Shown here one piece after another: positions 9,460-21,876 of a stretch of 26,421 nt of DNA (the first letter of the stretch is position 1; each line of letters starts with the position of its first letter). Under the pieces are notes generated by a model. The model searched no databases. It saw only the letters and a program-made list of their open reading frames with translations, and was not told where the DNA came from. The position numbers and the translations under genes were made by a program. The stretch comes from Perkinsus olseni. Its lineage: Eukaryota. The stretch lies in the NCBI GenBank assembly GCA_013115125.1, contig JABANN010000061.1, positions 62,001-88,421 on the forward strand, read 5' to 3'.

Positions 9460-12400
9460 TGAGGATGAAGCTACTCGGAGCTCGCGAAGGATTGACTTAT
9501 AAAGTGGTAAAAACCTCAGAGCACACCAAGATAGGGGAGGAGTGCCAAACGATGAACCCTGAGAGTACCCATTCATTGTTCCTCCCCGCGATGTCCCAGT
9601 CCGGCACGAGCGGGCACAGCGAGGGTTTGGAGGAAGCTGGGCAGCCAACAGAAGATGACAACTCCACGTGCGAATTGCTCCTCCCGCTTCGCTCGGCCAT
9701 GTTCTTGAATCGCCCCAGGCCTCAGGTCTAGCAGGGAGAGCGCGCGCGATGGCGCCTTGAATCCAGGTGATCAGTGGCAATTTCCCACGTAGTGTTGACC
9801 GCTCCTTGCCCTGAACGTGGAACCTTACGATCAGCTTCAAGCGGAGAGAACTGCACTGTTCGATCGCTTTGGGCTGCTGTCGGCGTTAACTGCCATTCGA
9901 ATAGTGTGGTTGCAGATAAGGCGCAAGCACTAAACGACTCCGATGTACTGTTCTTGGAAAGTCGAGTGAGAACCCTCGAGAACGACGTAGGGTTTCGCTC
10001 ACGACTCTCGAACTCAAGTCCTGAAAGCCAGGTAAAGGCTCTGAGCGCACAGTTGATAGATTCGCAAACTGAGCTGGCCGTCATCCGAGAGGCTCGTGAC
10101 AAATATCGCGACATGTAAGGCCCCGCATATTTCCCGTTGTTGAAGAGGCGTTTGTTAAGGTATACACGGTTCGCGAAGAGGCACGAGGAGCTGATGGTTC
10201 GTCTGAATACAGCTGAGAGGGAGAGAGAGGCGTAGCTGGTCGTTTTCTGGGACTGTAGAATTCCGTCGCTATCCTCAGGGCTGCAAAGGATCGGGAGAGA
10301 TTGCAAGTCTTCCTCAAAACTTGCTGTGAAGAGAACAATGAGGATGCCTATTCTCTGGGAGTTAAGCTCGCCAGGAGCCGGGAGACCTTGAAAGTGAGTA
10401 TGGAGCTGCGAATACAAAAATTTGACTCACGGACCGTGAGTCACAGTCCTCACCTCAAAGTCGTAGGCCATGCAAGGAAGCCTTGGCTATGCACGATCAG
10501 AGATCACTCGATTGGAGCAGAGCAATCAGGAGCTCACGGAGGAGGTAGATCGATCGTTCTTGCCTCACCAAACCCAGTCGCTCTCCAGGTGAAGAAGTAC
10601 CGCGCAGCTTGTGAGCTATCCCGAACTGTACACGAGGTCGAACAGCGGACCCAGGAGGAAAACTTCAAAGAGGAAATGGGCCGCGCCCTCCTTGCGAAAG
10701 ATCTACAGATCGACAGAGAAGTACCGGGCATCATTCAGGTGTACGCCAGCCTCAGCTTCACGCTTTTGGTGCCTAGATCCGCAGAGCTGATCGGGCCACC
10801 CAAGAAGCGAGCATATTGAAGGCTCATTTCTATAGCGGGGAGAGTGGTGTTCCAGACTACGGTAGGGAAAGCCTCCTGAATGCTTTTGGGTTCCTGCTAC
10901 TCGTTTTCCACAGATCCGTCACTAAGGCAGGCCCTGCGAGAGATGGAGGCCATCGATGCGGAGATAGACAAACTCGACCCAGCTTATGCGACATGGAAGA
11001 ATAGGATCAAGTGCTCGAGGGCTCCGAATGGGTACGTGACGGCCGAGAATGCGTGCGCAGGTTCCACAGTGATTTCAAGCGCGGCAACGCTCTCGTGCAG
11101 GAGGAGGGAGAGAGAAGAGGGGTCAACACGCAAACTGCGAAGACGCCAAATGATGATGGTCGTCCAACGACAGACTAGGCTCCCGAACGTATGTGTGTTG
11201 CGTGATGGGACACTGTCATGGCAGTGACCAGAGTGAGGTCTAGGCCCCAGACAGACGTCGTTTGGCAGATATTAGGCAGGGATTGTCGTCAGCCTAGCGC
11301 TTAGTCTACGATGAAGGTCATCCTCGCCCTCACCAGCTAGCCTTTTTCTTCCGCATGTCTGATTCTCCTGCACGGAGGTGGTCGTGGAGTACACCACGTC
11401 ATCGTGCAGAGAGACCGAGGAGGCTTCCTTCCAGTGCACGTGAGAAATATCCGTTGGTTGCCTTCTTCAGTTGTATCTGTGGTTAGTGACCAGTGATAGG
11501 CTGAGCTCCAGAGTTCCATGTTGCCTTGTGCAGGAGGAAAGCCGCGGCATACAAATGACATCGAGGAATCCACGACACGGCGATGGCCACTAACGGACAG
11601 CGGAACTACAGCGGAATCGGTGAGAGACGTAGAGGGCAGCACGGTCGGGATACCCCAGAAGGCGACGACAGTCTCTTCGGATCGCGATCACGTTCCTCGC
11701 AGGGTTGCCTACTGAATGCAAGCACAAAGGCCGTATCAGAGCTGAGCTGTGGGAATGGTCAAATTGATGTTGATGTGAGAGTTAGAATGGAAGGCTCTGA
11801 TTCATTCCAGTGCTGCCCGGTATTTTCAGGTCCTGCGCTTGTTTAAGGAGAACCAGGAACTCAACGGCAAGGAGGGACTTGCACTGAACAAAGGGTCCAT
11901 CGAGCCTTCGTTGGCCAGAGCATCACGAGGCTGCGTTAGTCAATCGACCGAAGAAGCAAGCGCGGCCTCTACGACTAAAATACACCCCTCCTACGAGGGT
12001 AGTGAAGGCAACCTTGCCAGCTTCTACAGCTTCATTATTCACGAGGCTCACTAGGTACAGAGGGAGGTCGTGTTAGACGGACGCCTCTGCTGAACGTCCA
12101 ACAGGCTCAATCGTGTGCAAGCCTGTCCACAAGGGAGGAGAATCTCTGCGAAATTCTCTGCTCGGAGATTGCCTTCCTCGAGCGGAAACTACAGCGCTCT
12201 GAAGAGTGAGTGCTCCTGCATGAGCTCCTCAGAAGCCCTTCAAGGTACAACAAGTGGGGCGGCTCTTCCCCGGAAATGACGGCTGGAGACCTCTCCCCTA
12301 TGAGCTTGGTTTCATCCAGAGGTAAAACTGACGCTCGGTTCAAAACGAACTGCTGACAACGTAGGTGCAGCGACCCCACCTTCATTTGGAGGTTGGAGCC

Positions 12401-13340
12401 TAGAGGAAGTTTCTCGGCGGTGTGACGCTCTCGAGGAGGAAATGCAGCAGATCAGGGCTCGGCTGGTGGTAGGTGACTATGAAGAGGCTCTCCGATGATG
12501 AACCGACTGTTGGTCAGTCTACAGGGGAGTCGGTGGAGGCAGGAGGCACAGTAGACAAGGCTGTGGAGACTTCCACTTGCAGTGATGGTGGAATTGCTAC
12601 CAGGATTGGGTGCGCCTCGCGTTGCGCTCATTATGATGGGATTCCGGCGAGTTATGGTACTCGAGTGTGGATCCGTCAGGCCTTTAGAGGAGCAGGTACG
12701 GTGTGCCCGTGACGAAGCCAGGAGATGGAAAGTAATCACCCCCGCAAAATCTCATTTGCTCAATTGACGAGTATTTTTCAGGACTCGTACCGTCGACTTG
12801 AGCAGGACCAGCGAGAACTGATAGAGGCGTCACATGAGGATGAAAAGCACCTTCAAGAGCTGTCTGCTCAGGTGCAAGGATCAGGCTTCCCTTCCTGATG
12901 CCTCCCATAGAGTGTCACGCCTCTCACGGGACTGAAGCACGTGTCGCTGGCAGGTGTCCATGTTGCAAGATCAGCTGTCCCAAAGGATGCCGAAGGCTGC
13001 TGTGAAGCTCCCGTCAGTAGAGGGGAGGAAGTCGACCCGTCATCACCGCCGCTCCCCACTAGCTACTGCTCGGGCCACTTATGGCGCCGTGAAGCAGCTG
13101 CGATGACAAGGAGCTCAAATCCTCCTCATGGCAGTTACGCTCTTCATGTTCGCGTGAACGAAGTCATTTCCCCTGGTATTGCGTGTTGTGTCCCCAAGTA
13201 GCTCAGGATTACTAGCCCATCTTGGCAATAAACTTTCAACACCGCACAGCACCATAAGGAGCGTCAACTCACAGCCGAAGTTTCCGAGCGGTAACACGCA
13301 AGTTAGCGGACAACCCGCACGGCAAGACTCAGATTATTGA
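9460..13340 (+). CDS. Multi-exon coiled-coil hypothetical protein (one or possibly two genes; boundaries approximate)
   Basis: Repeated plus-strand GT-AG-flanked exons encode heptad-like helices: QVKALSAQLIDSQTELAVIREARDKYRD, RHEELMVRLNTAERERE, VHEVEQRTQEENFKEEMGRALLAKDLQIDRE, ALREMEAIDAEIDKLDP, EILCSEIAFLERKLQRSEE, EKHLQELSAQ. The exon chain is not fully resolved. Confidence 0.55.
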
Positions 13341-13353
13341 AGCGATGAATGAG

Positions 13354-14544
13354 TTACGTAAAAATCGAAACACATATTATGAATACGACGGTCCAGCCGC
13401 CGTGTTTACGGACGGCATCTGACCGGTGGTCCTCGAAGTCGAGAGCCGGCTTTCTCCGAGTGATTCCGCACGTGTCCTGAAAACCATCGCGGAACGACAA
13501 TGCAACGAAGCAGTGACAACGAGAGACTCGGACAGACTCACAGACGTGATAGCTTCCTGACATAAGAGACCTTCCTGCCCTATCTCGGCCAGAGCTGGGA
13601 CTGACTTCGCCAGTATCGCGGCTGAGTTAACGCCACAAGCATTGAGAGCCCAACGGCAGGTTGGATGATCATTGCAGGCATCTGAACAGCGCGCACCGCT
13701 TACAAAGGGAATATCTCAACGCACGAACCCTCCTCGTAGAGCAGCTTGCACGTCCCGTGGTAATCCTGGGACATAATATGAAAGAAAGTGTTCCGATAGG
13801 AAGGGTCTCGAAGGGCGCGCCGCACCAGATTCGATGTACCTAACCTGTGATATGCTTGGGGAGCCAGAAACGATGAGCAGGGTACGAGAGAAGGCACACG
13901 AGCCCCAGGGGCCTCGCCATGCACAGCGGTCGTCCACATCGCAGGCCGCCTGCCCAGTATGCTCTGCGCAGACTTTGCAGGATTGATCGAAGTAGGACTG
14001 AGCGGCGTCAAGAGACCTCCAGTAGACATGTTGTTCTCATACTCTGGTTAGTTCATCGAGTGATGCTACGTCGGCATTGGTGTACAATTGACACACTCGC
14101 GAGTCCAGTAGAGCGCATCCGCCTTGAATGTCCTGAACGGCAGCTCTTGTTGTCGAGGTCGTGCGGTGAAGGGAAGCGTTGTAAGGAGATCAGACGAGCA
14201 GGTGAAACTGGGTTAGACAACAGCAGGCTTACGTCCCAGTAACAAAATCGACTCGACCAGGAGCTCATCGCCGGCGTGGAAGAGGTGAGGAGGAGCAACC
14301 AACGCATTTTGAAACTGCGAGAGGTGCTATTGTTTTGGTGAGCACTGATTTTGCTGAAGATGGTGAAGTTAATCACGCCTTCGATTCGACGGCGACGAGT
14401 TTCTTCCAAAGCACATTCGCTGTCGTCTGTTGAACCGGCTCTGTCAGGCTACGTGTAAGCCACTGCTTACACTGCAAGCCTGCTCAAGCCTTGCAGCAGG
14501 GAGACGAAAATGTTCACGTCGTTCACGCGGACTATGGGCGCCAT
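13354..14544 (-). CDS. Multi-exon hypothetical protein, poorly resolved
   Basis: ATG at 14544 opens MAPIVRVNDVNIFVSLLQGLSRLA. There are several minus-strand GTAAG donors (about 14470, 14232, 13703) and protein-like segments such as NLVRRALRDPSYRNTFFHIMSQDYHGTCKLLYEEGSCVEIFPL. A unique exon chain could not be fixed. Confidence 0.4.
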
Positions 14545-14635
14545 AGTGAAACGATCATTGCTGCATGCTTCATTGGAAGCGAGGCAGGCGGACTTGTAAC
14601 CCTGCTTGGCATGTTGAGAGGGAAGATTCACCCGT

Positions 14636-14687
14636 ACTTAGCACTGCTAAGTTAGCAAGGCGGCTGCTAAGTTAGCAGCCGCCTTGC
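14636..14687. repeat. Nested palindrome: perfect 16-bp inverted repeat plus overlapping shorter palindromes and a 14-bp direct repeat
   Basis: GCAAGGCGGCTGCTAA-G-TTAGCAGCCGCCTTGC (14655-14687); ACTTAGCA-C-TGCTAAGT (14636-14652); CTGCTAAGTTAGCA at both 14644-14657 and 14664-14677. Confidence 0.92.
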
Positions 14688-15102
14688 ATCCGTTCCCAAG
14701 GTGTTCTCCATAATGAAGGAGCAGAATGGGTGAAAGGTTTGGTGCTCGAAGTTGTTGCATTGAGGATCTCATTCTGAGCCCCCCTCAAAGTATGGTACCG
14801 TCGCCAAGGAAGGCTTGTTGCTAGGATCGACTAAATGGGGTTCCCTCAGGCGGCTTCTAACTCAGACAGGCCACAAACCAATTCCGTGCCTTAGCAAGAA
14901 AACCGCGGGGGTTCGTCCAGTTACAACCATAAGTGCTTCAATGTGCTCCCAGAAACTGCGGTGTGGACCTCGAGCCCATCCGACTCGAAGCCCGAGTGTA
15001 CGGAACTTAGAAGGCTAATTGTAATGTAAAGCTTATTATACCTCTCATCAATGTACAAGTTCAGTGCCAGGGTAATGAATTACGAACAGAAAAGTAACTG
15101 TG

Positions 15103-18100
15103 TCAAGCGGCCTTCTTGTCACTCGGGCGATACTCTTCGCGCAGTGACCAGATACCCTGGCCTCTCTCGGATCGGTCAAAGAAACACATCTCCTGCAGGA
15201 TGTGCCGAAAGAGCTTCCGGTGGGTTCTGAAGGCAGGAACAGTCTGCCGTCGGAAACGCTGACGCTCCCTTCCTACGCTGGGACATATCGATCCATGGCA
15301 TCAAGCAGCTCGCTCGTGGATGAAGTGAAGTACGGCCGGGAGGCGAGGTATCGGATGAGGTGATCCATGATACGAGATTCTATGGTCGACGAGACGGAAG
15401 ACCTGACAATAGGGGGCTTCCACAAAGGCGCGCGGATGGGCTCTCGATGGCTACTTTGCCGCTCCTGGGTTCACAGCTTCTGCGCGCTCCTCGGGCTCCT
15501 CCTCAGCGGTCACATCAGCCAGCAAGGACATACTCTGGGCCATGGCTCCTGCTTGACCCGTCTTACCCGTCCAAGTTGGCACCTGAGACCTCCACGGATA
15601 GCCCAGCGTGAGGTGCCAACCACTCGGCTACTCACATGAGATGGGTAGTTGGAGACTTCATCTTGGCTCCTCCTGATAGCAGCAAGCGCTTGGTCTGCAA
15701 TCCTCGTCGCTTGGGCTTCGTTAACCTAGCCCAAATAATGGCTGTCACTGACCAGTGCCACTTCACCGTAAACCTCTTACCTGTGACCGGTCTAGGTGGG
15801 GCTCTTCGATCTGGTCTTGGTCCCAAATGCAGCCAATGAGCTGCTGTGCTTCCAAGGAAGGCTCGTTGCCTAGCTATAAGCCTCGACGCAGATCACGATG
15901 GCCGGGCACTTCACCTTCGTTCGGTACCGTCTCCTCCGAGCTACCACCTTCCTCCGACGGTGAGGGTGTGGGAGATGGCGAACTCTTCAAGGAATGGGAC
16001 TGCTCTCGCGTCAAGGCGTACCTGCGTGATTCTCATCCGGATGGAGGCAAGACTGGTCCGGCTCACTTGTCTCTGATCCAGCCGCGATCTCGAGGAGTCC
16101 AGCCTGGTGGCTCAGGAGGGACCCTGAATAACTCCTCCAACCCGCTCCAGTATTCAGCACCTGCAGCACCATGACTAGGACTCAGCGACGGAAGACAGCG
16201 CAGTATTCTGCTGGTCCTCCGGGATGCCACAGCACACCCCAACGAAGACGACTACTAACCTAGTCGGTGCTGGGTTATCATTTATCGCACTTCGATCACA
16301 TACAAGTACTGCGAGCCAGCAACGTTGTGCAAGCACTAAATTGATTCTCTATAACAACCGGTCCTCCGAAAGACATACGGTAGGTCGACCGACCACCCGA
16401 CCTCTCGTTGTTACGCATAAGAACGGTGAGCAGGAGCATTGAACTCACGTCTTTGCCTCGGATCGGAGAGAATCTTCTGGGACAGATAGTGCTTGAATAT
16501 CTGCTTCTTATACATGGACTCCTCTACAGTACCTACCAGGCAACAAGAACGGCCTCATGACAGAAGCCCGAGTACGTGCGTGAGAATTTATACACTAACG
16601 CCGGTACCGACTAGGTCAGACTTTCACCGATGTGCTCAATCCCTTGAAAGCCTCATGCAGAGAGCGATGAAAAGTGACTATCAAAGGGTTCGCCAGGCTC
16701 CCAAGTATTGGCAGACGATGCCAGAGGAAAAGCGACCCCCTCCTGAACGTCGTAGATGCACGGCATTGCTACCCATCGCGATAAGCCTGTAGATAAGGAC
16801 TTCGTTCTTCTGCCCGATCCTCCAGGCCCTCTCCCTGGCCTGTGCATCAGTCATGGGGTTCCAGTCAGGATCGAATATAACTATCCTGTCAGCTCCCGTC
16901 AGATTGAGCCCGACGCCTCCGACACGCGTGCCTACGAGATCATCCTGCCGCAGCGGCGACGACTCCAAAGGACCTACTCAGCAACATAACCTGCGGCCCC
17001 TCATCTGAGTTGAAGTCATCCACGATGTGAGGACGATCCTTCACCTACCGAAAAGCAAACATTAGCAAAGCGGAAGGGCCGGCAGTGGCACTGAGCTCAC
17101 CGGAGTGGAGCCATCCATCCGCGAGCACGTCCATCCCAACTCGTCCACCTTCCGTTCGAGTATGTCAAGCATACCCAGTGTTTGGGAGAATATCAAAACA
17201 CGATGGCCTTCAGGAATCCACCGCCCCAGTATCTACAGGGCAGCTGATGCATTAATCGAGCAAGCAGTGAGAGCGTCGCCCTACCTTGAGAAGTACAGAC
17301 AGTTTACCACTGCGTTGTTCGGAGCCGTAGCCACCATCCGCCTCCACGCCAGGATACAGCAGCATGTCCGGATGGTTACATATCCTTCGGAGTATTCCGA
17401 GATAGAAGAGCGACTCTGGAGGGAGGCTCGTCTTGCCACCTGAAAGCAGCCTCAGTCCTGGGTGAAGCCCCTAGTGCGGCGGTTGGACCCACGCTCATCC
17501 CGTCTGTGACCGTAGCGCCGCTGAATGGAGGAGCCTGTGGTACAGCGGACGTTGCTGAGGACTTCACAGTAGACCTCGAACTGCTCGGGGGCGAGATGGC
17601 AGAACAACACCTGCAAGGCCTTGCGAGTGGAAGTCGACGGAATGTCGTCCGGTACCTGTTCACTCTTCCGAGGCAAGGCGAGTATGTCCTGCACGTCTGC
17701 TTTGAGGCGCCTTATGATGAGGGGCATGGTGAGGTCTCTAACGACAACAGCACATCTGTAGGCCGCCGTTGTAGCCGTCGGGCTCGCGTTGGGGCGAGTA
17801 CCTGTACCGGACGATGACAGCGTGCAGGCGATGATCTGCACCCACCTCTCTCGATAGGTGTTGCCAGCTCCTCCTCAAAGGTTGGGAGGGAGCCAAGGCG
17901 GCCAGGAGCCACGAAGTCGCAGATTGACCACAGCTCTCGAAGAGAGTTCTGGATGGGGGATCCGCTCAAGGCTATACGGTGAGGCTGACAAGGACAGGTT
18001 CTGTGAGGACGCGGGAGCTCCTCTTACTGTGTTCATTCTCTTCACCCGCTGAGTGATGCCGCTGTCGGGGTTCCTGATCTTCTGCGCTTCATCCAGCACG

Positions 18101-20121
18101 CAGATGCTCCAGACGTAGTCGAAGAGAATGTCCCCACAGTAACGACGATAGGCTTCGAAGGACACCACGAGGACTCCGCTGCACTCACCTGACGAGGGAC
18201 CAATGACTGCCCTTCTCCGGGGCCCACGGGGGAGTGCAACTCACTCATCTCCTCAGCCGATTCCCTCTTCTCCTCTACTGTCGACCCTGTCGCCCATCCT
18301 GTTATGCGGAGGCCACAATCGACTGACTCAGAGAATATAAAGCTACTGACCGGAGTAGGGGCTCACCTCCACCCCAGGACAGGATCTCCTGCTCCCACTG
18401 CTGCACGAGGGTTGCCGGGCATATGATGAGTACACCACCAGGGCCGGTGTCACCACCGACTCCAGCGTGCGTACCTGCCAACGAGCAGATCTCAGCGTGG
18501 GGAGCTACAAGGGATGCACGAGAACTTACTCCGAGCCAGAGTGGACCTCAGGATACCCGATACGTGCAGACTGATAAGGAACGCTGTGGTTTGTATCTAC
18601 TTGAGCGGAGTGAGCTGCCACCGCTCCCGTTGTTGACGGCGCCAAAAACGCATTGCTCGTTGGCGTTCTAGTTGCGACAGGTGCATACTTCTCGTGATAT
18701 GAAGGAATCCTTCGATCGAGCACAGTGAGCCGGGAGCTTCCAAATGCACGGAGCCTTACCGTCTTGCCGAGTCCCATCTCGTCGGCCAGTAGGGCACCCG
18801 ACCCCTCCCTCCATCGCTGCCACAGGAACCGTACACCTTCCTTCTGGAAGGGGAACCTGCAGCCCATGCATACCGCAGTGGTCACAATGGCGGCCGTGCC
18901 GAGCTACAGTTTATCCCAGATTGCGAAGGGGCACTCGAACTGGGGCCAATGGCGATCGGCAGGGCAGACCACAACCTGAGATGGGGACACCCGTAGTGGT
19001 GGTCCTGAGACCCAGCCGGGTTAGTCTACTCGCTTCTCGCCGCCGTCTTTAATTTCGACGATATCCTCGCCGCCGTGGAGTCCCAGTTGCAGCGTCCCCT
19101 TCCGTCGCCGCGACAGAGCCTTGCGACGCCGCTTGGATGGGGATAGTGAGCCGACGGAAGATTCCTTCTGAACAAAGAGGAGGTAATATAGGGCACAGAT
19201 CCAGATCAGCTCACCACTCGCTTTCGGCTCACCCCACCCATCCCTGGGACTAAGGACCGGCCAGTGAGCAGCACTCGGGGCGGGGTCCCCGCCAACGACG
19301 ATGACGTTGCCGACTGGCGACTGGTGCTGCTACTCTGAATGAGGAACCTTATACAGAGAGTACGGCGCTCAGACACCCACCTCGACGGCGCTGCCACTAC
19401 GGAATAGCTCTTTCTTGAGAGGCTTCGACTCAGCAACGTCCTCGATCTCCAGGTCCGAGCCGCTGCTGCTCGAGGACTCCGACGTGTCTTCCTTACTCGA
19501 GGAATCAGCTGCACCTGCCGAGCTCGGTTCGAGGCCAAACTTGGTGCGCAGGTCTCGGAGCTTCGAGTCAGAGTTCGACGGAGGCCTCTCTGAAGAGAGG
19601 AGTGGTGATGCCAACAATGCCGTCACTAGGCCGTAGCACGGACGCCTACTCTGTTTTCGGTTTTGTTTTTTCTTTTCCTTCTCGAGGGCCTCCTCCACCT
19701 CTCGCTCAGCCTCCATCTCCAGCTCCCACTGTGATATTTGTTTTCCGATCCCATCCAGTCCGGCGATCGACTCGGCCGTCACGGAGCTGTTGGCATCTGA
19801 ATCAGATAATCGGATCGTGATGAGCTGCATCCGAAAACTCTATTCATGGCGCGGCCGGGGGGAGGAGCAAGGTTAGACAGGAAGACGTCTGCTGCCACCA
19901 AAGTTCGTCTAAACGCGCAGCGATAACCCCCAGCTGTCAAGCAGATGCACAGGAACTGCTAAGCAAGCAAGGACCCACGGTAGGGGGGCATCACTCCCCA
20001 CTCAACCTCAGCGCGTATGAAGCCCACCGAGCTACAGCACGAAGAAGAGGATGATGACCTTACCTTGCTCTGATAGCAGGGCCTGCTCGGATTCAACCGA
20101 CGACTCCGCCTCGCCGGCCAT
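15103..20121 (-). CDS. ERCC6: CSB/ERCC6/Rad26-type SNF2 ATPase (transcription-coupled repair), multi-exon; start at 20121 or 19830
   Basis: Motifs seen: [178 protein letters not shown]. The CSB-specific C-terminus is also present: PTWTG and the winged-helix end [28 protein letters not shown], with TGA at 15105-15103. Confidence 0.93.
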
Positions 20122-20301
20122 GAGAATGGAAGGTACAAACTTCTCATAGTGTGCTCAGGTTACCTCCATCGCCCACCGGTCCGCTAGAGACTTTACTTGA
20201 TTGCGTATCATGTCTAAGACGACCGCCCTCCACCAATATATGAACGACTCCAATGCAACTCATAGTCGATTTGAGAAACACTCTACTGCTCATCAAATTA
20301 A

Positions 20302-21235
20302 CTACTTGTTGCCCCATTGCACCTGTACATCGACCTCTGGCCGCCCAAGACTCGCTCGGACCCTCCCCTGCACGGCATTGAGGATCGGCAACACTCTAGT
20401 GGGCAGAGTCAACGCCAACACCACTTTGGTAGGGCTGAGGGACTTCACCTACGACAAAGACCGTCCTGACAGTAGAACAGGATGGCAGACGGGGGGCTCC
20501 AAAGACCGCAGAGGCCTCCCATACCGACACTCCACCGTAAATAGGAGATTTTCCGTAGTCGATTGGCCACAACTACTACCACAAGCCTCCCGCCGATATC
20601 CTCAATTTCGCTCCTGATTTCCCGTATGGCGCTATCCAGCTGAGCGGTCGTGAGGGCCCCGGACTCCGACGCAGCATCCACTGCGGAGCCCGCCTCGATA
20701 GAAGTCAGGGCAGGGTACTTGGCGGACAGGACGTCCCACAGGCCTGGACGCGACCGAAGACTCGAGCCGTGTCTTAGCCACTGCTAAGAAGCAGGCATCC
20801 CTACTACCGTATTTAGTAGTGGTATCCGAGAGAGAACATGAACTGCAGGCCCCAGTGAAGAGGACACGAACTCGGCCATCCTCCGTTACCCCTAGTACTC
20901 TCACACCACCACCATCCATAGCCAACCCTGGACGGACCTGAAGCGCATATTTTTCTGCTGCTAAGATAATGTAACCCGTAAAATTCCGTGAGCCAGTACT
21001 CCTCCAGCGCTGTGGCGAAAAGAGCCCGTCTCGTAAGGACCAACGTCTCCCGGGAGGAGCCTACCGCATCCAGTGCTCTATCCACCTGATCCACGGTGGG
21101 GAGGAGGAGCTGGTAGCCGTTAGGGAAGATGGCCACCAGGAGACTGATGGTGTACAGGACTCCTAGTAGGAGTAGCACGGACACAAGGCGCCTCCCCAAT
21201 GCCGTCGGCCGCCGTCTATCAGTTGCCAGAACCAT
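20302..21235 (-). CDS. NifU-like/NFU Fe-S cluster carrier with plastid-type two-domain architecture and an N-terminal hydrophobic leader (4 exons)
   Basis: Spliced product: MVLATDRRRPTALGRRLVSVLLLLGVLYTISLLVAIFPNGYQLLLPTVDQVDRALDA|VRPGLAMDGGGVRVLGVTEDGRVRVLFTGACSSCSLSDTTTKYG|LWDVLSAKYPALTSIEA...LTTAQLDSAIREIRSEIEDIGGRLV|VKSLSPTKVVLAL...VDVQVQWGNK*. This contains the NifU-C signature VRPxLxxDGG...GACxxC followed by a degenerate second NFU-like domain with no CxxC. Confidence 0.88.
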
Positions 21236-21657
21236 CGCGCAATAGAAGCGCTGAGAGAGTGAGCGTCGCTGACCTCGAGATGCCACTAACCAACACAACA
21301 GCGGGAGGTGTTTGAAGTTGAAATCCGTCGACCCAGTAATGGGGTTTGAGTTCTACAGAGAAAGATTGTGAAAGGAGTGGTATAGACAATTATTGGAATG
21401 ATGCAGTACAGTAGCGACAGCAGAGGACTCGATAACCTCGCTGCCGACGAAGATACGGCTCGTTCTCAGAAACGCTTCTCACCAGCGCCTGCATGACTGC
21501 GGGCCTGGGAACCGATAGAAAACACGAGCCCTGAAGAAGTAAGTGTGATTGTTGGTGTTAGTGAAAGGGGCTGATATATATGACAGCAATCAGGCGGCCG
21601 ATGGCTCCTCGAGGAAGGTTGAGTTACTATTAGAGGAAAGGAATCTTTACAACTCCT

Positions 21658-21680
21658 GCAGCAGCAGCGGCAGCAGCAGC
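21658..21680 (+). repeat. Short imperfect (GCA)n microsatellite
   Basis: GCAGCAGCAGCGGCAGCAGCAGC in the region between the RING gene and the NFU gene. Confidence 0.7.
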
Positions 21681-21876
21681 CAAGTCAAACAAACAGAGTA
21701 AATTCAGGTAACGCTGCTTTGGGTGGAACAAATAGGTGAAGGAGCGGTAGTAGTAATGGCTACAGCAGTGAATGCCGAGAAGGCGCGCTGTATTCCACAG
21801 GGCCAAGAGACCATTACGGAATTGTCCCCGGGCTCTTTGCGAGAATAGGACTGAACTCTTCCGGAACGTCCACCGT

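Noticed and set aside
9728..10417. 229-aa minus-strand ORF
   Set aside because: It has the Ser/Leu/Phe-rich composition expected antisense to Glu/Lys/Arg-rich coiled-coil exons on the plus strand.
14480..14544. Resemblance of MAPIVRVNDVNIFVSLLQGLSRL to the Rad9 checkpoint-clamp N-terminus
   Set aside because: No downstream Rad9 motifs could be assembled in any splice frame.
15360..16174. Plus-strand gene suggested by several ORFs
   Set aside because: The region is fully explained by the ERCC6 C-terminal exons on the minus strand.
16162..16772. Intronic snoRNAs in the two longer ERCC6 introns
   Set aside because: No convincing C box (RTGATGA) and D box pair with a terminal stem, and no H/ACA layout, was found by eye; an Infernal scan would be needed to exclude them.
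13211..17330. Partial spliced-leader-like words (CCATCTTGGC near 13217, CATCTTGGCTC near 15659, CCGTAGCCA near 17325)
   Set aside because: These are short matches inside or antisense to coding exons, with no adjacent GT donor or SL-RNA context.
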